From an uncultured Candidatus Saccharibacteria bacterium (GTDB lineage Bacteria; Patescibacteriota; Minisyncoccia; Phycocordibacterales; PALSA-1337), in the NCBI GenBank assembly GCA_964367745.1, contig CAYIYK010000002.1:4447-68446 (forward strand): a stretch of DNA of 64,000 nt, read 5' to 3'. The translations under genes and the position numbers were made by a program. The notes under the pieces are model-generated. The model was not told the DNA's origin and did no database searches. It worked only from the letters and a program-made list of their open reading frames with translations. Below, one piece after another: positions 47,500 through 57,262 of this stretch. Numbering within the stretch: position 1 is the stretch's first letter; every line of letters begins with the position of its first letter.

Positions 47500-49512
47500 T
47501 TATACCACCCTTTGTTTTAGTATAGCAATTTCATCACGTAGTATTGCAGCAGTCTCAAAGTCTAGTACTTTTACCGCTTCAGACATCTCATCTTCTTTCA
47601 TCTTTATGAGTTTCTTTGGATCTTCTGAGAGCATTTTTTCATCCAATCTAACTAGTTCATTCACAGCTTTATCATGCTCGGTTTGCAATTGATCTGTAAT
47701 ATCCTGAATCTTTTTGATAATAGTCTTTGGAGTGATTCCATTTTTTTCATTATATTCTAACTGTATCTTTCGACGACGTTCTGTCTCTTTTATTGCATAG
47801 TTTAAAGCATCGTTCATAAAATCTGCATAGAGTATTACTCGGCCATTTATATTTCTAGCTGCACGACCAATGATTTGTATTAGTGATGTTTCAGATCTAA
47901 GGAAACCAGCTTTGTCTGCATCTAGAATACCAATGAGTGAAACCTCTGGAAGATCTAGTCCTTCTCGAAGTAAGTTTACTCCAACCAAAACATCGAACTT
48001 TCCTCTTCTAAATTCAGTAAGAATTGTAATTCTATCAATAGTCTTTATATCACTATGAAGATATTCTGCTTTTATTTTTTTCTCTTTTAAATATTCGCTC
48101 AAATCCTCTGCCATTTTCTTTGTAAGGGTTGTGGCTATGACTCTATCTCCCTTTTTAATTACTTTTTCTGCTTCTTCTATAAAATCGAAAATCTGTCCTT
48201 TGTAACTTCCTTTTTCTGCAACAGGTTTTACATCAATAACAGGGTCGATAAGTCCAGTAGGTCGGATAACCTGTTCGACAATTTGTTCACTATGTTCTTT
48301 TTCGAACTTACCCGGAGTTGCTGTTGTATATATTACTTGTCCTACAGCTTTTTCAAATTCATCAAACTTCATCGGACGATTGTCTTTTGCAGATGGTAAA
48401 CGGAAACCATAATCTACAAGTGTAGTTTTTCTAGAAAGGTCGCCGGCATACATACCACCGATTTGTGGAACTGTAACGTGTGATTCGTCTATAACAGTTA
48501 AGAAATCAGGACTACCATCATGTTTATGAGGAAAATATGATAAAAGTGAATCGGGTGCTTCGCCTGGTTTCTTACCTGAGAAATGTCTTGAATAATTTTC
48601 AATTCCATTACAATATCCAACTTCTCGTATCAAAGCCAAATCGTATTTTACTCTCCTCTTCAATCTTTCTGCTTCCAGATTTTTCCCTGCTTTTTCCAAT
48701 TCTTTTAATCTCTCTTCCAATTCTTTTTTAATTGTTTCAAAAGCTTTCTTTGATTGTTCATCTGTACTTATGAAATGTTTCGCTGGAAAAATAAAAATGG
48801 AATTGTGTTCTCTCTTTATTGCCATAGTAACTGAGTCCAACTCAATAATTTGAGAAATAGTATTCATATCATATTGAATACGATAAATAGTTCTTTCATT
48901 TACCGGCATTATTTCAATCATATTTCCCAAAGCTCGGAATTGACCTGCATTTATATCTGCATTCGTTCTTTCAAAATGAACATCGATCAATCTTCGTATA
49001 AGGTCAGCTCGTGAGAATTCCATTCCGACTGATAGTTTCGTATTTTCCTTTTCATATTCTTCTGGACTACCCAAACCATAAATACAAGAAACCGAAGCGA
49101 CAATGATCACATCTTTTCTAGTCAAAAGCGCTTGAGTCGATGCATGTCGAAGTCTATCAATCTCTTCATTTATCATTGCTTCCTTTTCTATATAAGTATC
49201 AGTCACAGGCATATAAGCTTCTGGCTGATAGTAGTCATAATATGATACGAAATAGTGAACAGCATTCTCTGGGAAAAATTCTTTATACTCTTGAGCAAGC
49301 TGAGCTGCTAGAGTTTTGTTGTGTGCGATTACTAGAGTAGGTTTGTCGTTATTTGCTATGACATTTGCCATAGTAAAAGTCTTACCAGAACCAGTAACAC
49401 CGAAGAGTGTTTGCTTCTTCATACCCTTTTTAAGGCCTTGGCTAAGCGCTTCTATCGCTTTTGGTTGGTCCCCCGCTGGAGACATGTTTTTTGAGAGATT
49501 AAATAGTGACAT
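47500..49512 (-). CDS. uvrB: Excinuclease ABC subunit B
   Basis: Walker A GVTGSGKTFTMANVIA, helicase motifs, and the C-terminal UVR domain. Confidence 0.95.
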   Translation of the reverse strand: MSLFNLSKNMSPAGDQPKAIEALSQGLKKGMKKQTLFGVTGSGKTFTMANVIANNDKPTLVIAHNKTLAAQLAQEYKEFFPENAVHYFVSYYDYYQPEAYMPVTDTYIEKEAMINEEIDRLRHASTQALLTRKDVIIVASVSCIYGLGSPEEYEKENTKLSVGMEFSRADLIRRLIDVHFERTNADINAGQFRALGNMIEIMPVNERTIYRIQYDMNTISQIIELDSVTMAIKREHNSIFIFPAKHFISTDEQSKKAFETIKKELEERLKELEKAGKNLEAERLKRRVKYDLALIREVGYCNGIENYSRHFSGKKPGEAPDSLLSYFPHKHDGSPDFLTVIDESHVTVPQIGGMYAGDLSRKTTLVDYGFRLPSAKDNRPMKFDEFEKAVGQVIYTTATPGKFEKEHSEQIVEQVIRPTGLIDPVIDVKPVAEKGSYKGQIFDFIEEAEKVIKKGDRVIATTLTKKMAEDLSEYLKEKKIKAEYLHSDIKTIDRITILTEFRRGKFDVLVGVNLLREGLDLPEVSLIGILDADKAGFLRSETSLIQIIGRAARNINGRVILYADFMNDALNYAIKETERRRKIQLEYNEKNGITPKTIIKKIQDITDQLQTEHDKAVNELVRLDEKMLSEDPKKLIKMKEDEMSEAVKVLDFETAAILRDEIAILKQRVV

Positions 49513-49552
49513 TTGTTTTTACTATACATTAAAATGAGAGGTTTTATAAGGG

Positions 49553-49581
49553 TTGACTATATATGTTAAATATGGTAATAT
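49553..49581 (+). promoter_or_regulatory. Sigma70-type promoter TTGACT - 17 nt - TGgTAATAT with an about 100-nt leader
   Basis: Read from the sequence; the leader contains the palindromic segment tgtgtatgtacacat. Confidence 0.45.
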
Positions 49582-49680
49582 ATTAGAGGTTAGTTAACAC
49601 CTTGCCTGCTCACGGAAATGTCTGATGTGTATGTACACATTGTAATTCCATGGCCTGGGGAAGGTTAGATAGTTGAAAAA

Positions 49681-50127
49681 ATGAATCCCAAAATTGATCA
49701 TCTGATTAGGACTTACCCTAACCTAATTAGAGACATTGCAGATGCGATACCTGGACTTGGATTAAGCATGTATCCAAGGAGACAAGATGTTGGTCATAGG
49801 TTTGTGCACAGTGTAGGTAATATGCGCAAACTCGTAGTTTTTATGACCACAATGTCATATGACCGAAACGGCTGGTATAACGTCATTAATGATATCCAAA
49901 AAGCTGGAATCTATACCGATGTAACTCCGGTAATGAACCCCTACGATGCCGGTGCGGTTTGTGAGGACAAGAGTTACAAAATCGCTATCTGCACTCCAGA
50001 GGAGAAGGAGATTCTCCTCAAGAACGGTTGGGCGATTGGTAATATCATCGTTTCCGTACCCAACATGGACAAAGCAACAGCTCTGAAAGGACTCGTTCGA
50101 GCCTGGATCGCGACCTGGATCAAGTAA
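49681..50127 (+). CDS. Hypothetical protein, GC-rich
   Basis: ORF bracketed by a promoter and a strong terminator. Confidence 0.5.
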   Translation: MNPKIDHLIRTYPNLIRDIADAIPGLGLSMYPRRQDVGHRFVHSVGNMRKLVVFMTTMSYDRNGWYNVINDIQKAGIYTDVTPVMNPYDAGAVCEDKSYKIAICTPEEKEILLKNGWAIGNIIVSVPNMDKATALKGLVRAWIATWIK

Positions 50128-50145
50128 TCCTAACAATTTCAAACT

Positions 50146-50178
50146 CCGCTAGTCACTTGTGACTGGCGGTTTCTTTTT
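50146..50178 (+). terminator. Rho-independent terminator
   Basis: ccgctagtcac-ttg-tgactggcgg followed by TTTCTTTTT. Confidence 0.75.
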
Positions 50179-50551
50179 ATATATTATTTTTTGTCTCCAA
50201 CAAGTCTAACCTATTCTCACATCTACTTACTTTTTCTTGAATCATAAATACACCGTCTTTATATACCAACATTTCATCTATAAAACCCTGTTTCATAGCA
50301 GACATATATCTTTCTGATTCTTTTCTATAGTATTCCTTTGCTCCTTCAAAAGTAATAGTCATGATTTCATACATCATAGATCTGGTTTCACTTAATATTT
50401 CTCCCTTAAGAGAGATTAAGGCACCTCTAAGATATTCTTTTGTAACAAAATTAGACATGAGATAATCTTTTGTGACAAAATTAGACAATTCTTCTCTAAG
50501 AATTTTCCTTGTAACTATTTCATCATCACTATTTGTAACTTTTTTCTTCAC
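50177..50551 (-). CDS. Hypothetical coiled-coil protein with an internal repeat (LSNFVTKDYL / MSNFVTKEYL); apparent GTG start
   Basis: The ORF-track start codon is GTG (forward cac at 50549-50551). Confidence 0.35.
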   Translation of the reverse strand: MKKKVTNSDDEIVTRKILREELSNFVTKDYLMSNFVTKEYLRGALISLKGEILSETRSMMYEIMTITFEGAKEYYRKESERYMSAMKQGFIDEMLVYKDGVFMIQEKVSRCENRLDLLETKNNI

Positions 50552-50635
50552 AATACCATTCTATTTAAAATAAAAAATTATAGCAATACAAAAAATGATA
50601 AAAATTTTATCAAAATTTCATAACTCTGTGGATAA

Positions 50636-50665
50636 TTAAAAAAGCCGTCTCATACGAGAACGGCT
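50636..50665 (-). terminator. Terminator of gene 50687..51001
   Basis: aagccgt-N12-acggctt preceded by an A-run. Confidence 0.55.
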
Positions 50666-50686
50666 GATTGACCGACAAACCTGTAA

Positions 50687-51001
50687 TCAAGCGGATAAAC
50701 TTGTCATGTGATGAAAGTTTCCCCTTGAAGACCGTCTTTTGGAATCAATTATTTTTCTTAACTCTTCTGGATGTCTTTTAAGGAACGACGCCTTGGCATA
50801 TTTTCTATCTCTCTTTTTTTTCAGATACTCATCGAGTGTAATCCATCCCTTTTCTTCACCCATAATGTAATATCTCATTTCTACAAAATCACCTTCTTTC
50901 CAAATCCACCCAACAGAACCATTACTCGGGGTTTTTTTGAAGATCGGTCCATTTTTCGAACTAAGTACTATAATTTCAGTATTCATACAATACCAATCCA
51001 T
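50687..51001 (-). CDS. Hypothetical protein (start adjusted to MDWYC; the upstream hairpin abuts the ORF-track start)
   Basis: ORF; the tktC terminator hairpin at 51037-51060 is directly adjacent to the annotated ATG at 51031. Confidence 0.35.
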   Translation of the reverse strand: MDWYCMNTEIIVLSSKNGPIFKKTPSNGSVGWIWKEGDFVEMRYYIMGEEKGWITLDEYLKKKRDRKYAKASFLKRHPEELRKIIDSKRRSSRGNFHHMTSLSA

Positions 51002-51036
51002 TTTTTTATTTGTGCTGTTTTGTACATACAAAACAA

Positions 51037-51066
51037 GAGCTCTGGGTTGTTCCAGAGCTCGTATTT
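51037..51066 (-). terminator. Terminator of tktC
   Basis: gagctctgg-gttgtt-ccagagctc followed on the minus strand by TTGTTTTGT. Confidence 0.65.
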
Positions 51067-51186
51067 AGGATTTATCTATATAGATATATCACAAACACCA
51101 ACCCTAGAACAAAGTCTAGTTACCAGAATGTGCTTAATAAAATGTGTTTGTGAACGATTTTTCATTGTTTGATATTCTAACAGATA

Positions 51187-52200
51187 TTATTTCTTTCGCA
51201 ATACCACCCTCTTCACAGCCTCGCGTATATGACTTTCACCCATTTCATAATGTTCAATCAACTCTTCAGGTGTACCCGATTGGCCAAATTTATCTTTTAC
51301 TCCAATGAATTCTATAGGTGCTGGATAATGCTTTGCTAAACATTCAGAAACAGCTGATCCCATACCTCCTGCAATCTGATGCTCTTCAACTGTAACTATT
51401 GCACCAGTCTCATGTGCCAATCTCCACACTGCTTCTTCATCCAATGGCTTTATTGTACTTAAATTTAGAACTTTTACTCTCAAGCCCAATTTCTCTCCTT
51501 CTTTTTCAAAATTTTCCGCAACTTTCAAAGCTTTATAGACAAGTGAACCAGTAACAATTATTCCGACATCGGCCTTTTTATCTCCTTTTGGAGAAAAAAG
51601 TAATTGCGCTTTACCTATTTCAAATGGACTATCTTCTGTAGTTATAACTGGAGTTTTTTCTCTAGCGAGTCTTATATATGTTGGAAACTTTGTTTTTGCA
51701 CAAGCTAACGTCGCTTTCTTTGCTTCTATAGAATCACAAGGTGAGATAACTATCATGTTTGGTATAACACGAGTTATTGCTAAATCCTCAATTGCTTGAT
51801 GAGTTCCTCCGTCTGGGCCAACAGAAATTCCAGCGTGTGAACCAGCTATCTTAACTGGTCGATCGTTGTAACATATTGTAGTACGTATTTGCTCCCAATT
51901 TCTTCCTGGACTAAACATTGCATAAGAAGTCATAAAAGGGATTTTACCCATCGCAGCCATACCTGAAGCAACACTAGCAAGGTTTTGTTCTGCGACACCG
52001 ATCTCTACGAATCTATCTGGGAATTTTTGTTTAAATAGATTCATATATGTTGAATCAGTAAGATCAGCACAAAGACCAACCACGTTTTTATCCAATTCAG
52101 CAGATTTCAAAAGTCCTTCTCCAAATCCTTTACGTATAGGAACTTGCTCAACATCTTTATCGAAAAGTTTTGGATTTAATTTTTGAATTGGATTTATCAT
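51187..52200 (-). CDS. tktC: Transketolase, C-terminal (pyrimidine-binding) subunit
   Basis: FVEIGVAEQNLASVASGMAAMGKIPF...AGSHAGISVGPDGGTHQAIEDLAITRVIPNMIV. Confidence 0.85.
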   Translation of the reverse strand: MINPIQKLNPKLFDKDVEQVPIRKGFGEGLLKSAELDKNVVGLCADLTDSTYMNLFKQKFPDRFVEIGVAEQNLASVASGMAAMGKIPFMTSYAMFSPGRNWEQIRTTICYNDRPVKIAGSHAGISVGPDGGTHQAIEDLAITRVIPNMIVISPCDSIEAKKATLACAKTKFPTYIRLAREKTPVITTEDSPFEIGKAQLLFSPKGDKKADVGIIVTGSLVYKALKVAENFEKEGEKLGLRVKVLNLSTIKPLDEEAVWRLAHETGAIVTVEEHQIAGGMGSAVSECLAKHYPAPIEFIGVKDKFGQSGTPEELIEHYEMGESHIREAVKRVVLRKK

Positions 52201-52664
52201 AAATAATAAATTAAAATAATAGAAAAAAATAAGAAAGATGAAATTCCAAAAACAAAAAATGTCAAAGTGATCAGATTTAATAAATTGATAATTTTCTCTA
52301 AGTAACTATTTTTACTTTTTTCAACAGAGATATTATATTCTTTAACACTGACGTCGGGTTGCCTAATCATACTATTAAGATCCTCAAAAAGATATTTATT
52401 ATTTAACCTACTTAAATAATAATTTATCGCCTCAAATACGATTGTTATTGAAAGAAATAACCAAGTAATTATTAATAATCTTTTTGAACACTCGGCAACA
52501 AGGTAAGGTTTAGCTAAAAAAAGAGTCACCGATACCCCTATTACACCAGTAGACACATTTAAAATAAGTTTTGATAATTGACTATCTGAATATTTCATAA
52601 TATCAATACACCTAACCTGCTGATCTTTCATAAATTGTTTTAAATTGTAATCTTGATCTAGCAT
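52197..52664 (-). CDS. Hypothetical membrane protein (3-4 TM)
   Basis: Hydrophobic ORF overlapping the tktC start. Confidence 0.45.
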   Translation of the reverse strand: MLDQDYNLKQFMKDQQVRCIDIMKYSDSQLSKLILNVSTGVIGVSVTLFLAKPYLVAECSKRLLIITWLFLSITIVFEAINYYLSRLNNKYLFEDLNSMIRQPDVSVKEYNISVEKSKNSYLEKIINLLNLITLTFFVFGISSFLFFSIILIYYL

Positions 52665-52670
52665 ATAATT

Positions 52671-52961
52671 TTAACTAAACAAAAATACAAATATAGAAAA
52701 TGAGCATAGTAATACTCCTTCTATTCTTCTTATCACTATTTCTCTTTTTGATAATTCATAACCATAACTCTGCTTTTTATTAAAAAACAAAAAAATTCCA
52801 AGGACAGCACATACCAAAAGATACGATATTAAAAAAGGATAAGGTACTGTTTCAGCTTTAATAGAATAAATAGATCCGAATAAGAATAAAATTTTAAGAA
52901 CTATTTCAAATATCTTCATGCTGTAATTATACCCTATTTTTAAGAAACTTTTTACCTTCAA
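52671..52961 (-). CDS. Hypothetical small membrane protein
   Basis: Hydrophobic ORF. Confidence 0.4.
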   Translation of the reverse strand: MKVKSFLKIGYNYSMKIFEIVLKILFLFGSIYSIKAETVPYPFLISYLLVCAVLGIFLFFNKKQSYGYELSKREIVIRRIEGVLLCSFSIFVFLFS

Positions 52962-53763
52962 CCTTTAATCTCCTATCAACTTTTTTAATATCCTCTTCAG
53001 CCGGCAGAGCTTCCGGTCTAATTCCACTTTTACCCAATAACTCTCTTACATTTTTATTATTCTTAACATGCTCATTTATAATCGGATTCTCTCCTCGAAT
53101 ATATGCGTCCCGCTTGAGAGTAAAGTTTGTAATTTCATTTGCCATGTCTTTAGCTTTTACAGTTATTGCTGGTAAAAAATCAGCAAGGGCTCTTGAGGTA
53201 GGAACATTTAATTTCTTCTTCATATCTAAGGTCGTCTTACCTCCAAACAAAGCCTCATCTCCTTTACTTCTAATTTTAGCAAAACCTATACTATCCACAC
53301 CCCTCTCATATAATATTCCTGAAAGTTCTTTTTCGGAATTTGAGAGTTTCTCGCGAAAAACTAATCTTTCAATCTCAGACAACCTTTTCTCCACTAATTC
53401 TTGCTTGCGAGTTTGAATTGCAAAGTAAGCCATTGCAAAAGCTATTGGTTCTTTGCTTGGATCTCCATTTTGGGCAATTAGGTAACAAGCATGCCGGGTT
53501 AGTGCGTAATCATTAATAGTCATTTTTGAACCTTTGCCACCGGTGATGCCTTTGCTGACGTCAGCAAAGTGATCAGTGGTAACAAGTCCTGTCTTATCAC
53601 ATGCTATTTTAGCTTTATCTATGACCTTTTGAAAATTCCTCCACTGATCATACCCCAGTAATCCTTGCAAATCTCTCGCAAACCAAAACTCTAAACCATC
53701 TTCTGTTTTATGTACATAATCATTAAAACTCTTATGTAGACTTTTTACTATTTCTTGTTTCAT
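52927..53763 (-). CDS. dinD: DNA-damage-inducible protein D (DinD) / RhuM-family (Bro-N-like) protein
   Basis: EFWFARDLQGLLGYDQWRNFQKVIDKAKIAC aligns with E. coli DinD EFWSARELAPLLDYRDWRNFQKVLARATQAC. Also ...LTRHACYLIAQNGDPSKEPIAFAMAYFAIQTRKQEL matches ...[36 protein letters not shown]. Confidence 0.75.
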   Translation of the reverse strand: MKQEIVKSLHKSFNDYVHKTEDGLEFWFARDLQGLLGYDQWRNFQKVIDKAKIACDKTGLVTTDHFADVSKGITGGKGSKMTINDYALTRHACYLIAQNGDPSKEPIAFAMAYFAIQTRKQELVEKRLSEIERLVFREKLSNSEKELSGILYERGVDSIGFAKIRSKGDEALFGGKTTLDMKKKLNVPTSRALADFLPAITVKAKDMANEITNFTLKRDAYIRGENPIINEHVKNNKNVRELLGKSGIRPEALPAEEDIKKVDRRLKVEGKKFLKNRV

Positions 53764-53888
53764 TTATTTTTATTTGTTAGTTAATAAAATCTATCAGCTA
53801 ACATTAACAAAATAAAAATATGAGTAAAGTGGAAAACAAAAAAGGCGATTTTATCAAAATTTCACACTAAATATAGTCTAATTTAAAA

Positions 53889-54746
53889 TTATTTAATTTT
53901 AACCCCAAAAGCATTCGTCGCTATTTCTATCTCTTCCGGTGTTGTCGGTGGTTTGCCATGCCATTCATATTTTCTTTCGAATTCCCGAATTCCTTTTGAA
54001 GATATTGTATTTGCTATAATCACCGATGGTTTATCAAACACCGCTTGAGCTTGTCCCCAAGCTGCATCAATATCTCTGAAGTTATGTCCATCAACTTCTT
54101 GTACATGCCAGTTGAAAGCTCTCCATTTATCTCCTAGAGGATTTAAAGGCATTATATCTTCTGTAAAACCGTCTATCTGAATATTATTTCTATCAACTAT
54201 CACTGTTAGATTCTGTATTTTCTCTTTGCCAGCGAGCATTATCGCTTCCCAATTTTGTCCTTCATTCAGTTCCCCATCTCCAAGAAGGCAGATAAATTGT
54301 TTTCCGGATGTCTTTCCAAGATTCATTTTTTCAGCTAAAGCCATACCTACAGCTTGAGATAGTCCTGAACCAAGGGGTCCAGAAGAATTCTCAAGCATTG
54401 GCAAATATTCACGATGTGGATGTCCCTGTAAACGACTTCCGAATTTTCTTAAAGTATTTAATTCTGATACTGGGAAATATCCTGCATGAGCCATAGTTGC
54501 ATATAGTACTGGACATATATGCCCATTTGAAAGTATCAATCTATCCCTATATTCCCAATTCGGTTTCTTTGGATCATGTCTCATTGCATGAAAAAATAGA
54601 TAGGTAAAAATATCTGCCATATCTAGAGGTCCAGCAGTATGACCGGACTTAGCATGTATGAGCATTTCTATTATCGAACCTCTTATTGCATAAGCTTTTT
54701 CAAAAAGAAATTTGGCTTTTTCATCTGTTAAAGGTTGAACTGGCAT
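53889..54746 (-). CDS. tktN: Transketolase, N-terminal (TPP-binding) subunit
   Basis: GHTAGPL...GSRLQGHPH...GPLGSGLSQAVGMA...GDGELNEGQNWEA. Confidence 0.85.
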   Translation of the reverse strand: MPVQPLTDEKAKFLFEKAYAIRGSIIEMLIHAKSGHTAGPLDMADIFTYLFFHAMRHDPKKPNWEYRDRLILSNGHICPVLYATMAHAGYFPVSELNTLRKFGSRLQGHPHREYLPMLENSSGPLGSGLSQAVGMALAEKMNLGKTSGKQFICLLGDGELNEGQNWEAIMLAGKEKIQNLTVIVDRNNIQIDGFTEDIMPLNPLGDKWRAFNWHVQEVDGHNFRDIDAAWGQAQAVFDKPSVIIANTISSKGIREFERKYEWHGKPPTTPEEIEIATNAFGVKIK

Positions 54747-54765
54747 TATGCCAATATTATAGCAT

Positions 54766-55452
54766 TTAAATCCCCCTAAACTCTTCTAGTGTATCCACAA
54801 TATCTTCAAGAGAATTGTTTCCAAACAAAGCAGAGCCAACAGCTAGACTATCAGCACCTGATTCTTTTAATATATCTGCATTATCTAGACTTACTCCACC
54901 ATCTACTTGTACTTTCAAATCGGGATATAATTTTTTAATTTCTTTTACTTTATTTATAGTGCTATCTTCAAATTTCTGACCTTGAAAACCAGGTTTTCTA
55001 ATGCCCATAACTTGAACAAAATCTATTTTATCAATATATTTCTTCAAATCATCCACATTCCCTAGATTACCAATTGCTATACCAATCTCTACCAAACCTT
55101 TTAAAACATCGATGACAGGATTTAGATCTTTTGATGATTCCAAATGTAGAATTATTTTTGTTGCACCTGCAGAAAGCCATTTGCGAGCATCATCCTCACT
55201 TGGATCCTTTATCATCAAATCAAATTCATAATCTATTCTCTCCCACTCAGGCATACCTCTAACTTCTTTTAAAATTGCTTCGAAATTTTCATCAGGTTTA
55301 ATATCCGCTTTCCAATATGGCCAAGTAATAGTTGGTACATATTTACCATCACAAATATCGATCTGAACTTTATCAGAAAAGTCTTTAATCAAATCTATCT
55401 TCTCTTCAATTTCTTTAAAATTTTTCGGTAGTATTGCTGGTATTATTTCCAT
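54766..55452 (-). CDS. rpe: Ribulose-phosphate 3-epimerase
   Basis: IIPAILPKNF...QIDICDGKYVP...MGIRKPGFQGQKF...VQVDGGVS. Confidence 0.85.
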   Translation of the reverse strand: MEIIPAILPKNFKEIEEKIDLIKDFSDKVQIDICDGKYVPTITWPYWKADIKPDENFEAILKEVRGMPEWERIDYEFDLMIKDPSEDDARKWLSAGATKIILHLESSKDLNPVIDVLKGLVEIGIAIGNLGNVDDLKKYIDKIDFVQVMGIRKPGFQGQKFEDSTINKVKEIKKLYPDLKVQVDGGVSLDNADILKESGADSLAVGSALFGNNSLEDIVDTLEEFRGI

Positions 55453-55456
55453 AAAA

Positions 55457-55906
55457 TTATTCTATAGTGTCTAACATTTCATTTCTTAAAACATGTCTTT
55501 TATCATTACTAAATGGTGTCGATATCCAAAATCTTATTGCTTCTTTTGCTTCTTCAAATCCTACAAAACCTGCACCTATAGATAGTATATTTGAATCATT
55601 GTGTTCTCTAGCTAGTCTTATTATCTCCAAGTCTTGACCATAATAGACTATAGCTCTAGCTCCAGGAAGACGGTTACATATTATTGCTTCACCTTGTCCA
55701 GACTTTCCAAAAACTATTGCATGGGTATTGGTTGGATCACTAATCACTCTCATAGCGGCAGGAAGGATGAGTTCTGGATAATTATCACCTTCTTCATAGA
55801 CATGAGCTCCCAAATCTTCAACTTCAAAACCTTCTTGATTCAAAAAATCTTTTATTTTATTTTTCAATTCAAATCCAGCATGATCACTAGCCAATATTAT
55901 TTTCAT
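55457..55906 (-). CDS. rpiB: Ribose-5-phosphate isomerase B
   Basis: MKIILASDHAGFELKNKIKDFL; RpiB/LacAB family. Confidence 0.9.
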   Translation of the reverse strand: MKIILASDHAGFELKNKIKDFLNQEGFEVEDLGAHVYEEGDNYPELILPAAMRVISDPTNTHAIVFGKSGQGEAIICNRLPGARAIVYYGQDLEIIRLAREHNDSNILSIGAGFVGFEEAKEAIRFWISTPFSNDKRHVLRNEMLDTIE

Positions 55907-55936
55907 GTCATGATTCTAGCATTTTGAATAGATAAA

Positions 55937-55972
55937 AGAAAACCCCGGCCATATATGGCACGGGGTTTTTGT
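55937..55972. terminator. Bidirectional terminator
   Basis: ccccg-gccatatatggc-acgggg flanked by an A-run and TTTTTGT. Confidence 0.75.
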
Positions 55973-55983
55973 AAGGGAGTATT

Positions 55984-56376
55984 TTACTCCTCGGGAAACC
56001 TTTCCCTGAGTTTCTTCATACCGTCGGGTGTGACTTTCTGACCGAGAACCTTGTTCCTCTTGTCTGAAAGCCTGACCTCACTAATCCTGATAACACCTTT
56101 GTTTCCATCGCTGGTTGAGAAACTAACGTCCGCTCCATCTTTGGCGCAGACGATACTGATTTCCACCTCGCCGCTGTAATAGATGTTGTATTTCTGCCCA
56201 TCATCCACAACAGCGAACTCAACTCCATCGACAGGCTGGAACACGAACCCTTGCATCTGGAATTCCTTCTTCGACTTCTTGTCTTTGTTGAACCCAAGCC
56301 GTCCAGCTTGGGTTTCATTCACTGAAGTGAACAGGAACGCGATGATGAGCGCGAAAACCGAGATAATATTCTTCAT
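55984..56376 (-). CDS. Secreted hypothetical protein (signal peptide), GC-rich
   Basis: MKNIISVFALIIAFLFTSVNETQA|G. Confidence 0.5.
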   Translation of the reverse strand: MKNIISVFALIIAFLFTSVNETQAGRLGFNKDKKSKKEFQMQGFVFQPVDGVEFAVVDDGQKYNIYYSGEVEISIVCAKDGADVSFSTSDGNKGVIRISEVRLSDKRNKVLGQKVTPDGMKKLRERFPEE

Positions 56377-56569
56377 TTTCTGACCTTTTTTTGATTGTTT
56401 CTTTGATACTGGCTGGCGTGCAATATATCATACAATATATAGAAAATCAAGGGGTTTGGTTAATGCGAAGTTATTAGGGTATTATGCATTTTTGACATAA
56501 CTATATAATAGTGATATACTTACTAATAGAGAAAACACCTAAAAGATACGCTATTTCCATAAAAACGTT

Positions 56570-56815
56570 ATGTTACTGACACTTATTACTGTTCTGTTTT
56601 TCGTCGGAGTTATCGGCTCCTTTGTTCAGTTCTTTCTGAAACTGGAGTCTAGCAATATTACAGGTGCTATATGGATAGTCCTCTTGATATCGTCGTTCAT
56701 TGGTTGGTACATTCAATGGCAATCATCTCAAAGAACCCTTGTGATTCTTTCTGTGACACTTTGGATGATACAAATCATCTGCAGATATTGGAGTTCAGTA
56801 CTCCAAAAAAATTGA
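56570..56815 (+). CDS. Small hypothetical membrane protein
   Basis: Promoter TTGACA-17-TGaTATACT at 56492-56520; hairpin plus T-run at 56833-56869. Confidence 0.4.
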   Translation: MLLTLITVLFFVGVIGSFVQFFLKLESSNITGAIWIVLLISSFIGWYIQWQSSQRTLVILSVTLWMIQIICRYWSSVLQKN

Positions 56816-56944
56816 GACATCCGATCTCAACGACCGCGTACTACTTAATTGATAGGCGCGGTTTTTTGTTACAACATTTTAAAATGACTCCTCATTACAC
56901 ATCTCACCAAAATATATTTTTATCTTACTTAAATGTCATACCAA

Positions 56945-57220
56945 TTAATTTCTATTTTTTATTTTTCCATACAATCCACCTATCACTAGACCGATCACAG
57001 CCAAAGCGAGAATAGTGCCAGTATCCCCTAAGTTCACAGGGCTTGTGTGTGCCACAGAGGAAGCTGCGAGAGTTTTGCACTCTGTCCACCATGCTTTTTT
57101 AAGACCAACATATTCACTCAAACAACTTTTGTTCCAAATCAGTATAAGATCAATTATAAATCCAAATATCACAGTGACTAACCATCCGATAATTGAATAT
57201 TCATAGGTGCTTGTTTTCAT
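56945..57220 (-). CDS. Small membrane protein (cassette array, unit 1)
   Basis: ORF immediately preceded by gap 3'-end remnant R1. Confidence 0.4.
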   Translation of the reverse strand: MKTSTYEYSIIGWLVTVIFGFIIDLILIWNKSCLSEYVGLKKAWWTECKTLAASSVAHTSPVNLGDTGTILALAVIGLVIGGLYGKIKNRN

Positions 57221-57262
57221 AATAATATATTTAAATTAACCTCCCCGCCTTCACTAAATACC

